Part shown: positions 1 through 9,045 of the stretch, piece by piece
How the letters are laid out: each line of letters begins with the position of its first letter
Numbering within the stretch: position 1 is the stretch's first letter
IMG/VR virus record: IMGVR_UViG_2654588115_000001
Location: 16,268-80,267 of that record
Origin: a virus
Taxonomy: Duplodnaviria > Caudoviricetes
Strand: one strand, 5' to 3'
Length of the DNA: 64,000 nt
Notes under the pieces: generated by a model
Databases searched by the model: none
What the model was told of the DNA's origin: nothing
Seen by the model: the letters and a program-made list of their open reading frames with translations, nothing else
Position numbers and translations under genes: made by a program

Positions 1-590
1 CGAAATGCCGCCATAACTTCCTCATAATGCTCATGGGATAACTTGACCCGTAGAATATCGTTGATGAGATTCATGGCTTTCTCCACCGTTTCGTAGCGAT
101 ATACCTTTTCCTGTATCGCGCCTATCTCCGAAGAAAGCGTTTGTTGCCGCAAGGTCATTTTGTCCAGCATATCAATGACCAGTTTTAACTCGCCAACCTC
201 GACCTCACCCCTGCCAACCTTGCCATCCAGTTCGTCAAGCTCCACCGAGATAATATCTACAGCATTGTTCACCAGGTTCAAAGCCTTGACCTTGGTTCCA
301 TAAACATTGACAATCTGTTCATCAGTCGGCGCGGTAAAATCACCGCCCAGACCATTATCCCTGCACCAACGGGCAATCGAATTATGGGAAATCTTATACC
401 CATTGGGAATGAAATTCCCCTCGTTGATTTCCTTCGTAATATCCCGATAGCTTTTGCCCTTCATGCGCTTATCCCGGATTAACTCACCGATACCGAACTT
501 CTCTACAAGCGTTCCATCCCGGCCGCTAACCTGCAATCGCTCTGGGCAAACCTTGTTAGGCGGCGGTGGAACCGGATGTTTATTTGCCAC
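1..590 (-). CDS. Probable terminase small subunit (runs off left edge; not in ORF track)
   Basis: Hand-translated from GTG at 590 with AGGAGG RBS: MANKHPVPPPPNKVCPERL...KGKSYRDITKEINEG...ISHNSIARWCRD (HTH-like), then helical/coiled-coil; open to the window edge. TerS call is inferred from size, HTH and position at the head of the leftward late region. Confidence 0.6.
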   Translation of the reverse strand, partial: MANKHPVPPPPNKVCPERLQVSGRDGTLVEKFGIGELIRDKRMKGKSYRDITKEINEGNFIPNGYKISHNSIARWCRDNGLGGDFTAPTDEQIVNVYGTKVKALNLVNNAVDIISVELDELDGKVGRGEVEVGELKLVIDMLDKMTLRQQTLSSEIGAIQEKVYRYETVEKAMNLINDILRVKLSHEHYEEVMAAF

Positions 591-605
591 CGCAATCCCT
601 CCTCA

Positions 606-690
606 TAAAAAAAGAACAAGCACCGCAGCGCTCGCCCTCCGCCGTTCCCCACAGGTACTTGGCTATGTAAACACCTGCGCTGTTACGACA
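606..690 (-). promoter_or_regulatory. Structured leader / terminator-like element just upstream of the terS RBS
   Basis: Minus strand CAGCGC...GCGCTG and CAGGTG...TACCTG stems, followed by a U-tract directly before GAGGAGG. Confidence 0.4.
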
Positions 691-731
691 AGAAATAACC
701 ACATACAACATTATCTCTCTCGCAGTTTTTC

Positions 732-780
732 ACACCATTATACATTTATACAGTTATACCATTATACCGTTGTAATGGCG
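732..780. repeat. 8-bp repeat array 1 (parS-like)
   Basis: Tandem degenerate TTAYACMA units (CACCATTATACATTTATACAGTTATACCATTATACCG). Confidence 0.7.
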
Positions 781-790
781 TTTTTTTAGT

Positions 791-852
791 AGGCAGGAGA
801 AGGAATTGCACCCCCAGCATCACCGATGCACCGTTCTACATACGCTCCCACC
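791..852 (-). ncRNA. tRNA-like element with collapsed anticodon loop
   Basis: GGTGGGA/TCCTGCC 7-bp acceptor-like stem, GGGGG-TGCAATT-CCTTC T-arm, GCATC-GGT-GATGC arm with a 3-nt loop; no CCA. Confidence 0.45.
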
Positions 853-855
853 ATA

Positions 856-1055
856 AGGGGGCCTTCGCCCCATAACCTGTTTAGGCCACAGGCAAGACCT
901 CCGCAGACAAACCTCTAAATCCTGCGGCTCCTAGTTTCGTATAGGTTTTTTCAACCACGACAAGCAAATCACCCTCGAACACACCCCAACGGTTACTTCA
1001 AACACGGCGGTAATCCCTTGTCCTCTTGTGGCACTTAGGAACGGTAGCTACACAT
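856..1055 (-). ncRNA. ORF-less structured RNA segment upstream of the tRNA-like element
   Basis: Series of hairpins: CCGCAG...CTGCGG, CCTGT...ACAGG, GGGGC-GAAG-GCCCC. Confidence 0.35.
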
Positions 1056-1060
1056 CTTAA

Positions 1061-1192
1061 TCAGTCACCGAAGTGAATCCATCTGCCGACAATGCGCTTA
1101 CCAGCTTCTTGCAGACCGACCATCAGATAACTTCCAACGAATAATCCGGCAGCCAGGCATACGCCATAACCAAACATATATGCAAAGCTCAT
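1061..1192 (-). CDS. Small membrane protein, 43 aa (not in ORF track)
   Basis: MSFAYMFGYGVCLAAGLFVGSYLMVGLQEAGKRIVGRWIHFGD; GAGGTG RBS. Confidence 0.6.
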   Translation of the reverse strand: MSFAYMFGYGVCLAAGLFVGSYLMVGLQEAGKRIVGRWIHFGD

Positions 1193-1205
1193 TCTAAAAA
1201 TCACC

Positions 1206-1364
1206 TCAGCTCTCCAACTCTTTAATTTTTATCTTCAAATCAATGATTTCATCAATGAAAGCAAAGCAATCATCCAGCAAATCATCGTATTTCTTCATCG
1301 CCCAATACCCTAGCCAAAGCATGGCTATATTCAAAAGCACACTCATTACCAAAATAAATTCCAT
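1206..1364 (-). CDS. Small membrane protein, 52 aa (not in ORF track)
   Basis: MEFILVMSVLLNIAMLWLGYWAMKKYDD...; GGAGG RBS; N-terminal TM helix plus coiled coil. Confidence 0.6.
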   Translation of the reverse strand: MEFILVMSVLLNIAMLWLGYWAMKKYDDLLDDCFAFIDEIIDLKIKIKELES

Positions 1365-1449
1365 CACGCCGCCTCCAATTTGCTTTAATCACAACACATT
1401 GTAATTTGTTAAATTTACGTTGTGAAGTTCTTATTTTACGCCAACGGTA

Positions 1450-1945
1450 AAAAAATATCTTGACTGCACAAGCCCCAAGAGATAAACTTCTTGATTTCCA
1501 GGAAACGGCAAGGCAGACTAATCCCGCGAAGGAAAAAAGTTAGCCTGTAAAACGAGAAACTTCCGTCATTCCGAGGTTTCCGTATAAGTGATGCTACTCT
1601 GACCGAAGTCAGCATGATATATCAGCCAACGACCTTCCCCGGCTGTCCGGCGTTTCCACCGCAATACCATGAACCCTGCTCACTGCCACTATCGCAGCCA
1701 ACAAAAGGCTTACCCTCCGCACCCTACTTTTCACCATGGGAAAATCCTTTAGGCATAACGAGGTCCTGAAGTGCGTTCCAACCCCTGTGGTAATTCCTCG
1801 GTAGCATCATACAGACCAAGGAAGCCCCGCATATTCTCTGCATCGGCTATGCGACACCGGCATTTTTATACTGCTGGCAGCAGATAGCGAATCCACCAGA
1901 GAAATAGTGTGTTCCAGTGAACCGCCCTTTGACTCTCGTCAACAG
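1450..1945 (-). ncRNA. Long structured ncRNA A (about 500 nt)
   Basis: No ORF; consensus promoter upstream; GNRA/UUCG hairpins (TTGAC-GAGA-GTCAA, CGGTG-GAAA-CGCCG, CTGAC-TTCG-GTCAG); ends in a TCTTG...CAAGA hairpin plus T-tract; shares ordered motifs with 33680-34240. Confidence 0.75.
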
Positions 1946-1950
1946 TTCAC

Positions 1951-1980
1951 ATTATACATAAGTAAAATCACAACTGTCAA
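1951..1980 (-). promoter_or_regulatory. Sigma70 promoter of ncRNA A
   Basis: TTGACA-N18-TATAAT; operator-like TTATTTTACA at 1991-2000 and a part-site in the spacer. Confidence 0.8.
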
Positions 1981-2077
1981 GTGTCTTTTTTTATTTTACA
2001 CTATAAATAAACTATGATTATCATTGCACTGCTATGTTATAACTCTGTTCTTACCATTATTCAATCAATAACAATTC

Positions 2078-2145
2078 GGTAAGGAGTAACTACGAGCATA
2101 GCGAGTAGTTAAGGAGCGAAGCGACTTGATTCAGAGTTACTTACC
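2078..2145 (+). other. ssi/primosome-assembly-like hairpin
   Basis: GGTAAG...CTTACC outer stem, TAACTAC...GTAGTTA inner stem, GAGCATAGCGA and GAGCGAAGCGA motifs of the kind seen at plasmid single-strand initiation sites. Confidence 0.45.
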
Positions 2146-2164
2146 ATTGTTATACCAATGTTAT

Positions 2165-2225
2165 ACTCTTTCCCCCTACCCCCATATATAATAGAAAAAC
2201 AGGGGGTCTTGGCAACCCTATTTTT
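2165..2225 (-). promoter_or_regulatory. Putative late promoter (phage sigma-like factor)
   Basis: GGGTTGCCAAGACCCCCTGTTTTTCTAT; near-identical motif at 58070-58100 upstream of the tail-tip genes. Confidence 0.55.
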
Positions 2226-2361
2226 CAAAAAAACTTCCAAAATCATAAAAATATTTTTAAGCCGCTAAAAGATGAATATTAACCTACTCATATTCATCTT
2301 GAAAATGACAGTTCCCCGGAAGTTCTTCCCTCACCAGCGAATTACATGGCAACTACCATTC

Positions 2362-2450
2362 ACACCTGTATAACTGTATAACGTCATAACATTGTAATGG
2401 TGTAATTGTATAACTGTGTAAATGTACAGTATTATACCATCACAATGGCA
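2362..2450. repeat. 8-bp repeat array 2 (parS-like)
   Basis: TGTATAAC/TGTAATGG/TGTAATTG units, mostly in reverse orientation. Confidence 0.7.
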
Positions 2451-2646
2451 TTGAATCCTCCTTTTGCCACCTCACAGACGGAAAAATAACCCATTTCCAC
2501 GCAGACCGCTCTCACGTCCTCTGTATGCCATTTTAGCATCCGGTGCAGGTAAACTATCGTAAATCCATCTACAGGCCCCTAGAATCGACCGTGAGAGAGC
2601 AAAAAAATCCCTCTCGCGAGCAATGTAAAATAAAAGCGTCACTCTG

Positions 2647-2808
2647 TCAATTCGTAGATGTGCTTTTATTCTTTTGGGGTGCATCTGAAGAAACACCTTT
2701 ATTGGGGAGTTGAGGATGTATTTTCTCTAAGCGCGCCTCTAGCTCTTCTGGTGTTAGTTCTTCGATTTCCTTCAGAATTCTCTCAAGAAATTCCATCTGG
2801 TCGCTCAT
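2647..2808 (-). CDS. Hypothetical 53-aa protein (not in ORF track)
   Basis: MSDQMEFLERILKEIEELTPEELEARLEKIH...; GAGGTG RBS. Confidence 0.55.
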   Translation of the reverse strand: MSDQMEFLERILKEIEELTPEELEARLEKIHPQLPNKGVSSDAPQKNKSTSTN

Positions 2809-2814
2809 TAGCAA

Positions 2815-2979
2815 TCACCTCTCTGGAAGCAATGGAGTTTTCCAATTTTCCTTTATTGCATTGAGCAATGTTTCGGGGTTTGCCTCCGGATTTTGTTGCA
2901 TCATATAATGCAAGCACTCCTCTGGTGTTTTGGCATCGATTGCTTTGAATGCCAGCTCTAACCATTCCATTTGTGTCAT
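2815..2979 (-). CDS. Hypothetical 54-aa protein (not in ORF track)
   Basis: MTQMEWLELAFKAIDAKTPEECLHYMMQQNPEANPETLL...; AAAGGAG RBS; tandem with the next ORF. Confidence 0.55.
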   Translation of the reverse strand: MTQMEWLELAFKAIDAKTPEECLHYMMQQNPEANPETLLNAIKENWKTPLLPER

Positions 2980-3529
2980 TGCCCATCAGCTCCTTTTATC
3001 ACATTATCCAGTAAGCTATCAGAATTGTCAATATATAACCTGCCTACCAGCATTTATCTATGAATAACTATGTATGCCGACACAGAAGTCCCATTTTGTA
3101 TGATACCTGTTTCATCCGGTCCGAATCCTGTTATCCATTGGTATAACTATGTGTCACGCCATCTTCCAAGCCCCAAAATCTTCTGTATCACCTTGGTAAA
3201 GTCATTGCATCCCCTATGAATCAAGGCATGATGGCCGCTCATTGATGCAGAAATCCCTCAAAACCTGTATCACTGCGGTAAAAAGTGCCGTAATCCCTAG
3301 TAAATAAAGGCTTCCAGCTGGTTTTCATTGGTTATTCTATGTATCACAATACGTATCACCCCCCATAATCCCAGTAAATACGCGGTCTGACGACTAAAAA
3401 CTTTGAAAATGACGGCGAAACGCACGGACGGTCACGCCCCGCCCCGGACCAGGAAAGGTTTCCCCCATTGGTGGGATTTTTCGCACCCCTCCCCCTATAC
3501 TCACACAAAGAAGGGGGATTTTTCCCCAT

Positions 3530-3890
3530 TGTTACCACCAACAACGCCACCGCCACCGCTTCGACAAAGTACACCCACCGCACACACCACCGCCACCACA
3601 CCGCCACCAACACCGCACCCCCCTATTTTACGGCGAAAAAAAGTATATGAAATATGTATTTAATATGTTTTTGTCAGATGAAGAGGAAAACACCGACAAA
3701 AACAACCACCGCACCACCGCCACCACATCGAAGGAGAGGGCAGAACAGGGGGATATATAAAGATGTTACCATGTAAGAAAATCCCTGCCGTTTTACCGTT
3801 GGTATAGTATCAAACCGCTGCAACCTTCCCCCAATGGCTACACCAACGCAATAACACCACTATACAAAGTTATAACACCGCCACCGCTGA
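3530..3890 (+). repeat. Strand-polarised CCACCGC/CACCGCCAC repeat cluster
   Basis: Many CACCGC/CACCAC copies on one strand at about 3535-3620, 3705-3725 and 3877-3888. Confidence 0.7.
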
Positions 3891-4036
3891 AAATATCCAA
3901 TAAAATATTTTTTTCTTTTCCCCCTATTAATGAAGAGAAAAGACAATATTATACAATGCTGCAACCTTGTAAGCCTTGAAGTATAAGGGTATTTATGCTT
4001 TTTATATTTTATTTTACAAAAAGTTAAAGATAACGC

Positions 4037-4065
4037 TTGACGTTCATGTTAAAGGACGATATACT
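4037..4065 (+). promoter_or_regulatory. Early sigma70 promoter
   Basis: TTGACG-N17-TATACT; operator-like TTATTTTACA at 4009-4018. Confidence 0.7.
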
Positions 4066-4218
4066 TTTAATTGTCAAAGGGAAAACAACAAAACGTATTC
4101 CGCTTGTGTACTTATCGCCGTAACCATCGCAGGGGAGGGATTAAAGGCAAGTGATACAAAGTAGGGTTTTACCAATGACAACGCCAAATTAATAGTTTTA
4201 TGAAAAGAGGTTTTAACC

Positions 4219-4779
4219 ATGAAGAAAACTTATGTATCTGTAAACAATCGCCGTTTTTTTCGTATTGAAGTAAAAGACAAAGAAAAGGAATTAGCTACAA
4301 AGTTATATGCCGAATTACAGGATGTATTTCCTTGTGCCGTATACAAAGAGAATCCTGCCGATAACATGCCGAATATAATTGTAGAATTAAACGAATTTCA
4401 TTTTACTACTGTAAAGGATTTTAAGGCAGAATTTAACAAAGTTTATAACATGGTTAAAAAGGACGGTTCCACCCTAAATAAAGACGAAAAAAACGTCCCC
4501 AAAATGGAAAATACACCTACATGCTACACCGCCAAAAATACGGCTAAAAAAGTAAGAAGACGTAACCACCAGATTGTAAAAGCAAGGAATTTATACAATC
4601 ACATGGTTAATACCATGATGGAGGAGAACTTTGATAAATATGATAATTCCCCCCTTAATTTTCATCTTGTAAACCATGCACCAGCATTTTATTACAAGTC
4701 GTTTGCACAGTACAGGGAAGCAAAAAAGATTTATAACTTTTCTAAGTATCATACAAGGTTTTTTCCTGCCGTTGCATAA
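4219..4779 (+). CDS. Hypothetical early protein
   Basis: 186-aa ORF, GAGG RBS, first gene of the rightward operon. Confidence 0.75.
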   Translation: MKKTYVSVNNRRFFRIEVKDKEKELATKLYAELQDVFPCAVYKENPADNMPNIIVELNEFHFTTVKDFKAEFNKVYNMVKKDGSTLNKDEKNVPKMENTPTCYTAKNTAKKVRRRNHQIVKARNLYNHMVNTMMEENFDKYDNSPLNFHLVNHAPAFYYKSFAQYREAKKIYNFSKYHTRFFPAVA

Positions 4780-4826
4780 ATGTAAAATAAGAACGTCATT
4801 TTTATAATATTATTGGAGGTATAGCA

Positions 4827-5042
4827 ATGTATATAAAAAAAGAATACTCATTTACTGACCTGCTTAATAATTCCTGGTCTGGTGCTACGCAAGTATTAGA
4901 AAAAATCGAAGAAGACGGCAGAGAAAATGAAGCCATGGGAATCATAGAAGAAACATTTTACGGCGAAGTTCCCACCGATACACAGGTTAATGATTTTATA
5001 TGGTTTGACCTTGCGGACATTATGGGATTATACGAAGAATAA
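4827..5042 (+). CDS. Small acidic early protein
   Basis: 71 aa, GGAGG RBS, D/E-rich. Confidence 0.8.
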   Translation: MYIKKEYSFTDLLNNSWSGATQVLEKIEEDGRENEAMGIIEETFYGEVPTDTQVNDFIWFDLADIMGLYEE

Positions 5043-5061
5043 CACTATGGAGGGATAGACA

Positions 5062-5301
5062 ATGGATAACAAAGTTATAGCGGTAAAGGCTGACAGTGCG
5101 TTTTCTGGATTCGCAATACACGAAATTATATATGGAATTGACGATAAAGTATTATTTTCCTACCAATGGAAAGGCATAGACGGTATGAAAAGCACAAAGA
5201 AAATACAGTCAAAAATCAGATATACGGCGAAGGGTAAAGCCTATTTTATGGCAAGGAAACAACGTCAATATTTAGATGAATTTATGAAAGTAGGGGCATA
5301 A
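5062..5301 (+). CDS. Hypothetical early protein
   Basis: 79 aa, GGAGG RBS. Confidence 0.75.
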   Translation: MDNKVIAVKADSAFSGFAIHEIIYGIDDKVLFSYQWKGIDGMKSTKKIQSKIRYTAKGKAYFMARKQRQYLDEFMKVGA

Positions 5302-5303
5302 AA

Positions 5304-5492
5304 ATGAAAAGAGTAAACACAAAGATTATTGACCTTTTAATGTATGTTATCGGTTTATATAGCCGTAAAAAATCAGTGGTAACTTGTGACGGTGTGTTTT
5401 GTGGCTATGCTTACAGTGGCTATCCTGTCCGCCGTTACCTATGGACAGCCGTATTATTCGGCGCAATGGTAGCAGGTTTGATTATTGATTGA
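5304..5492 (+). CDS. Small membrane protein
   Basis: 62 aa, C-terminal hydrophobic helix. Confidence 0.55.
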   Translation: MKRVNTKIIDLLMYVIGLYSRKKSVVTCDGVFCGYAYSGYPVRRYLWTAVLFGAMVAGLIID

Positions 5493-5505
5493 TGGAGGGA
5501 TTAAA

Positions 5506-5905
5506 AATGCGTGTGCTTATGGCAAAAGGAAAAGAAATAAAAATGTATGGTGGCAAGTTCTGGGGCGTAGAAGTTTCACCGTATGGAATGAAGCATAAGT
5601 GTTTAGACTATAAAACTATGGTTATTGCCTTGACCTATAACGAATGTTTTTCAAATTACAATGTAATGACAGCCGTTAATGATTGGGACCTTGAAAATGG
5701 TAGCGACTACAACGAAGAAAATGACGAATACATAGAGGTGATGGACTACCTTATTATGAGCCCACGCGCAGCCGAAAACATAAAGAAATATACCGATGAA
5801 ATTGTTTATTATTCCCCATCATTGGACCTGTATGTATTAGGTGTTTGTCATTGTGGCACATCATGGGATTATGTAAGCACTGATTATGAAATTATTGGAG
5901 AATAA
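5506..5905 (+). CDS. Conserved phage/plasmid early protein (GTSWDYV motif)
   Basis: EIVYYSPSLDLYVLGVCHCGTSWDYVST motif; likely start is the ATG at about 5507 after GGAGG (track start 5489). Confidence 0.75.
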
Positions 5906-5907
5906 CA

Positions 5908-6165
5908 ATGGAAAAGTTTTTGCATTATGTGACAGTAGAAATAAATCTTGAAAAAGAAAAGTTTTGCCGTGAAGTATGGAAGGATATAACCAAGGCTTAT
6001 GGTGTTACCTTCCCTGCCGACCTTGATAGTGCTACCTATTGGGGCATAAGCGACCTAACAGGGCTATGGTCAGATGTGGTGCCGGTCCAGACAGAAAATG
6101 GAAACTATTCCATAGATGTTTATGTTATACCTGCCATTGTAAACGGCGACTATATGGAGGTCTAA
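5908..6165 (+). CDS. Hypothetical early protein
   Basis: 85 aa, GGAG RBS, operonic spacing. Confidence 0.7.
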   Translation: MEKFLHYVTVEINLEKEKFCREVWKDITKAYGVTFPADLDSATYWGISDLTGLWSDVVPVQTENGNYSIDVYVIPAIVNGDYMEV

Positions 6166-6168
6166 CAA

Positions 6169-6480
6169 ATGGGGTATACAGTGAAAATCCTGCCGTTATT
6201 TCGTGGCGTAAAAGGTGTAAGAATTATACACCGTGGCCCATGGTCCGACCCGTTGTTAGTTTATAGAGGGTACATGTTTAACTATTGGGATATAGAGGAG
6301 GCATTATGGGACCACTTTTTAGCGGACCAGGGCGAAAATGAAGCCGATTATAAAAACCTAGCAGCGGTGGATGAACAAGACAAACGGTTTAATCAGTGGC
6401 TGCAAGCTAACCGAGAAACACAAAACTATTTAGACGATTGTATTTTAGGCAAGTGTTATACAGGTTATTTCTATAAATAA
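6169..6480 (+). CDS. Hypothetical early protein
   Basis: 103 aa, GGAGG RBS. Confidence 0.75.
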   Translation: MGYTVKILPLFRGVKGVRIIHRGPWSDPLLVYRGYMFNYWDIEEALWDHFLADQGENEADYKNLAAVDEQDKRFNQWLQANRETQNYLDDCILGKCYTGYFYK

Positions 6481-6499
6481 ATGAAAGGTGGATTAAATT

Positions 6500-6799
6500 A
6501 TGAAAATGCAAAGATATATTGATTTGCTACCACATGGTAGCGGCGTAAATTATGACTATAAGATTAAAGAGGGTAAAAACAAGATAACTGTTTACAACAA
6601 ATATGATTACATGGACGAAAACGGTTATTATGACGATATATTCCCGTTTTCCGTAACCTTTACCGCCGAAAATGTAACCTTGCATTTTCATAATTTAACA
6701 AGATGGCAATATAAAAAAATTGAACATAACGGACTTCGCGACTATTTAGAAGAAATTTTCTACGATGTAAGAGAAAAAGTATTAAAGGTAGGTGCTTAA
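6500..6799 (+). CDS. Hypothetical early protein (LPHGSG motif)
   Basis: 99 aa, AGGTGG RBS. Confidence 0.75.
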   Translation: MKMQRYIDLLPHGSGVNYDYKIKEGKNKITVYNKYDYMDENGYYDDIFPFSVTFTAENVTLHFHNLTRWQYKKIEHNGLRDYLEEIFYDVREKVLKVGA

Positions 6800-6800
6800 A

Positions 6801-7457
6801 ATGAGAATCGAAAAGAAAATCATTGCAGCGGTATATATTCCGGCCCATGTAGAAACTACAAAATACTACAAGTTCACCGAACTTAATAAGGAAATACAGG
6901 AACGACTCATTAAAGAGAAACAAGACGAAGTAACCAACGATGAATATTTTTGGCAGGATATTTACTGTGATGAATTCAAGGAAAGTGCATTAAATACAAT
7001 CCGTGAGAAAATCCCAGGTATTGAAGGTGAGGAATTACAATTTTCTCTTAATTGTTGTCAAGGTGATGGCGTATCATTCACTGGTGAATTAGGGGAGGAA
7101 AATATAGCATCCTTACTATCATTGGTATATGGTGGTAACATTCCGCGTCAAGTAAATAGAATTATCCCCCATATGGAAAGCATATTTTTTGAACGTAATA
7201 GGCATTTAAGATATTGCCACGAATACACTGTAAGTACCGAAATAAAAATTAATGGTCACGAATACTATACAGAATTTTATCCACGAATCGAAAAACTATT
7301 GGAAGGTCTGGAAAAGCAAATTGACCAATACAGGGTAGAAATCTGTAAGGAATTGGAAAAAGAAGGTTATGACCTACAAGATTACTACACAAGCCGTGAA
7401 TATGCTATCCAGGAACTATCCAGCAACGAATACTACGAATCCGGGGAGGTAGCATAA
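6801..7457 (+). CDS. Conserved MGE early protein (family often labelled 'antitoxin of TA stability system')
   Basis: YKFTEL...FS..CQGDGVSF.G...YCHE...LEKEGY..QDY..S.E motif pattern. Confidence 0.65.
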   Translation: MRIEKKIIAAVYIPAHVETTKYYKFTELNKEIQERLIKEKQDEVTNDEYFWQDIYCDEFKESALNTIREKIPGIEGEELQFSLNCCQGDGVSFTGELGEENIASLLSLVYGGNIPRQVNRIIPHMESIFFERNRHLRYCHEYTVSTEIKINGHEYYTEFYPRIEKLLEGLEKQIDQYRVEICKELEKEGYDLQDYYTSREYAIQELSSNEYYESGEVA

Positions 7458-7619
7458 AATGTGGCAGTGGGTAGGTGACTATATTATAGAACCAGTGGGC
7501 TTTTGCTATGGCGTAAAGGAAAATCAGTGTGGTTCGTTCATCACCATTTTTCGTGGAAAATGGTCCGCTTGTTATCGTTATGCTATGGATAAGACAAAAC
7601 AACGGGAGGCACGGAGAAA

Positions 7620-7814
7620 ATGTTAATCCCACGAAAAAAGCATAGCAACGGCAGCTATACATGGGCCGTATGGAATACAAAAGAAAAACATTGGGATAAT
7701 TCCCCAATATTTCTCGAATATGACACAAAACAAGAATGTAATAATGTGATTAGGTACTTTGTAAAAGAAGGTGGCCTACTCGACAATGTTAAGCATAATA
7801 AATACAGTTTATAA
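7620..7814 (+). CDS. Small early protein (paralog of 9618-9791)
   Basis: 64 aa, GGAG RBS. Confidence 0.65.
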   Translation: MLIPRKKHSNGSYTWAVWNTKEKHWDNSPIFLEYDTKQECNNVIRYFVKEGGLLDNVKHNKYSL

Positions 7815-8557
7815 TGGAGAGCAAAATCATGGAAAATAATGTAATTTCAACTGGTTCATGGAAAGAATATCAGCGAATTGTGTTCTACAAAGATAAAACC
7901 ACTGCAACTGCAAAGGACCTAAACTCAACAGAGTTCAATTTACCACCAGAGAATTGGAAGGACCAGGTTAAAACGCCGTTTGACCGAGTGTTTATCCAGA
8001 ACTACCATGGAATCGTGATTGACAGTAACCTTAAAATTCGCAATGCTCGCAAGCTAAATCTGGAAAAGAACGATGTGTTTGCCTACAAAGAAGGTGAAAA
8101 CAAAAGCCTTTATATTCCCACAGATGTGTCGTTGGTAGGTACAGAGAAAAAAGTAGAAACAAGATACGGCTATCATCTTTACAACAAATACGAAGTTCTT
8201 CACCCCGTGGAAGTAGAAATAATGGGAATCAATGAAATCAGCAAGGAAGAATCCGACAGACTTTGTAACGAGTGGGGAAGGACCACACACTATGCTGACG
8301 GTATTCACTACGAAACAAAATACAGGGAAGCGAGTTTTATAGGCAATGAATCATGGTTATTAATTCAGCGTTTCACGATGGTATTACCTTACTTTTATCA
8401 TTTAGAATTTAACGAGATTATTCGCAGTGATTTTTATAAAAAAACTGATGGTATAGCAGATAAAATCAATGGTATTTTACACAGGAAAATATTATCGCAC
8501 TATGATATAGGCGAACTATTAAACCACTTTGATATTACAGAAAAACAGGAGCAATAA
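7814..8557 (+). CDS. Hypothetical protein
   Basis: 247-aa ORF; start may be 7829. Confidence 0.75.
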   Translation: MESKIMENNVISTGSWKEYQRIVFYKDKTTATAKDLNSTEFNLPPENWKDQVKTPFDRVFIQNYHGIVIDSNLKIRNARKLNLEKNDVFAYKEGENKSLYIPTDVSLVGTEKKVETRYGYHLYNKYEVLHPVEVEIMGINEISKEESDRLCNEWGRTTHYADGIHYETKYREASFIGNESWLLIQRFTMVLPYFYHLEFNEIIRSDFYKKTDGIADKINGILHRKILSHYDIGELLNHFDITEKQEQ

Positions 8558-8560
8558 ACT

Positions 8561-8821
8561 ATGGAACCGAAAAGAGAATCTACCAGAGCCCGTTGTTATA
8601 ACTTTTTAGCAATGAATTGTGATGGAGCATTGAAGGTAAAGGCCAATGGCATGTTCAACTGGAAAAGCGTATATAATGACTGTGAAACTAAAATAGGATT
8701 ACTTTGCGAGATTCTACGCATTGACAAAAGCAGCCTTAACTACCATGAAACTGTCAAAAAATACCGTCCAGACTTATTTGAACAGAGTTTTTACGATGAT
8801 GTAAGGAAGTGGGTAAAATGA
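8561..8821 (+). CDS. Hypothetical protein
   Basis: 86 aa, AGGAG RBS. Confidence 0.7.
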   Translation: MEPKRESTRARCYNFLAMNCDGALKVKANGMFNWKSVYNDCETKIGLLCEILRIDKSSLNYHETVKKYRPDLFEQSFYDDVRKWVK

Positions 8822-9045
8822 TGGAAAAATGGGAAAAAGAACACGCGCAGGATGTCATTGAGAAAATGGTAGAGCATTACCTTTACTATTACCCTAAGTA
8901 CAAGGTGGAAGCAGCAGGTTATGAGGCGAAAATCGAAGGGTACATTCAAGGTATTGCCTTTGCTGACCAGGAATTTTCAAAAAAGATGAAACTGCATTCC
9001 TTCACGCTGATGTATCGTGGATTAAAGAGGAGGTATGAAAAGTGA
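8818..9045 (+). CDS. Hypothetical protein
   Basis: ATGA overlap with the previous gene; EGYIQGI motif resembles EGYIECI in the next ORF. Confidence 0.65.
   Translation: MMEKWEKEHAQDVIEKMVEHYLYYYPKYKVEAAGYEAKIEGYIQGIAFADQEFSKKMKLHSFTLMYRGLKRRYEK

Noticed and set aside
454-789. 111-aa plus-strand ORF
   Set aside because: It overlaps the better-supported minus-strand terS-like gene and a repeat array.
791-852. Functional canonical tRNA
   Set aside because: Only 62 nt, 3-nt anticodon loop, weak D-arm, no CCA; kept only as a tRNA-like element.
1450-1945. Group I/II intron, tmRNA or RNase P RNA
   Set aside because: No interrupted gene, no group II GUGYG start or domain V, no tRNA-like ends with a tag ORF, and no RNase P P4 signature recognised by eye. 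An Rfam scan is still needed.
3356-3663. Pro/Thr/His-rich ORFs in the repeat zone
   Set aside because: Translation artefacts of CAC/CGC repeats; no RBS.
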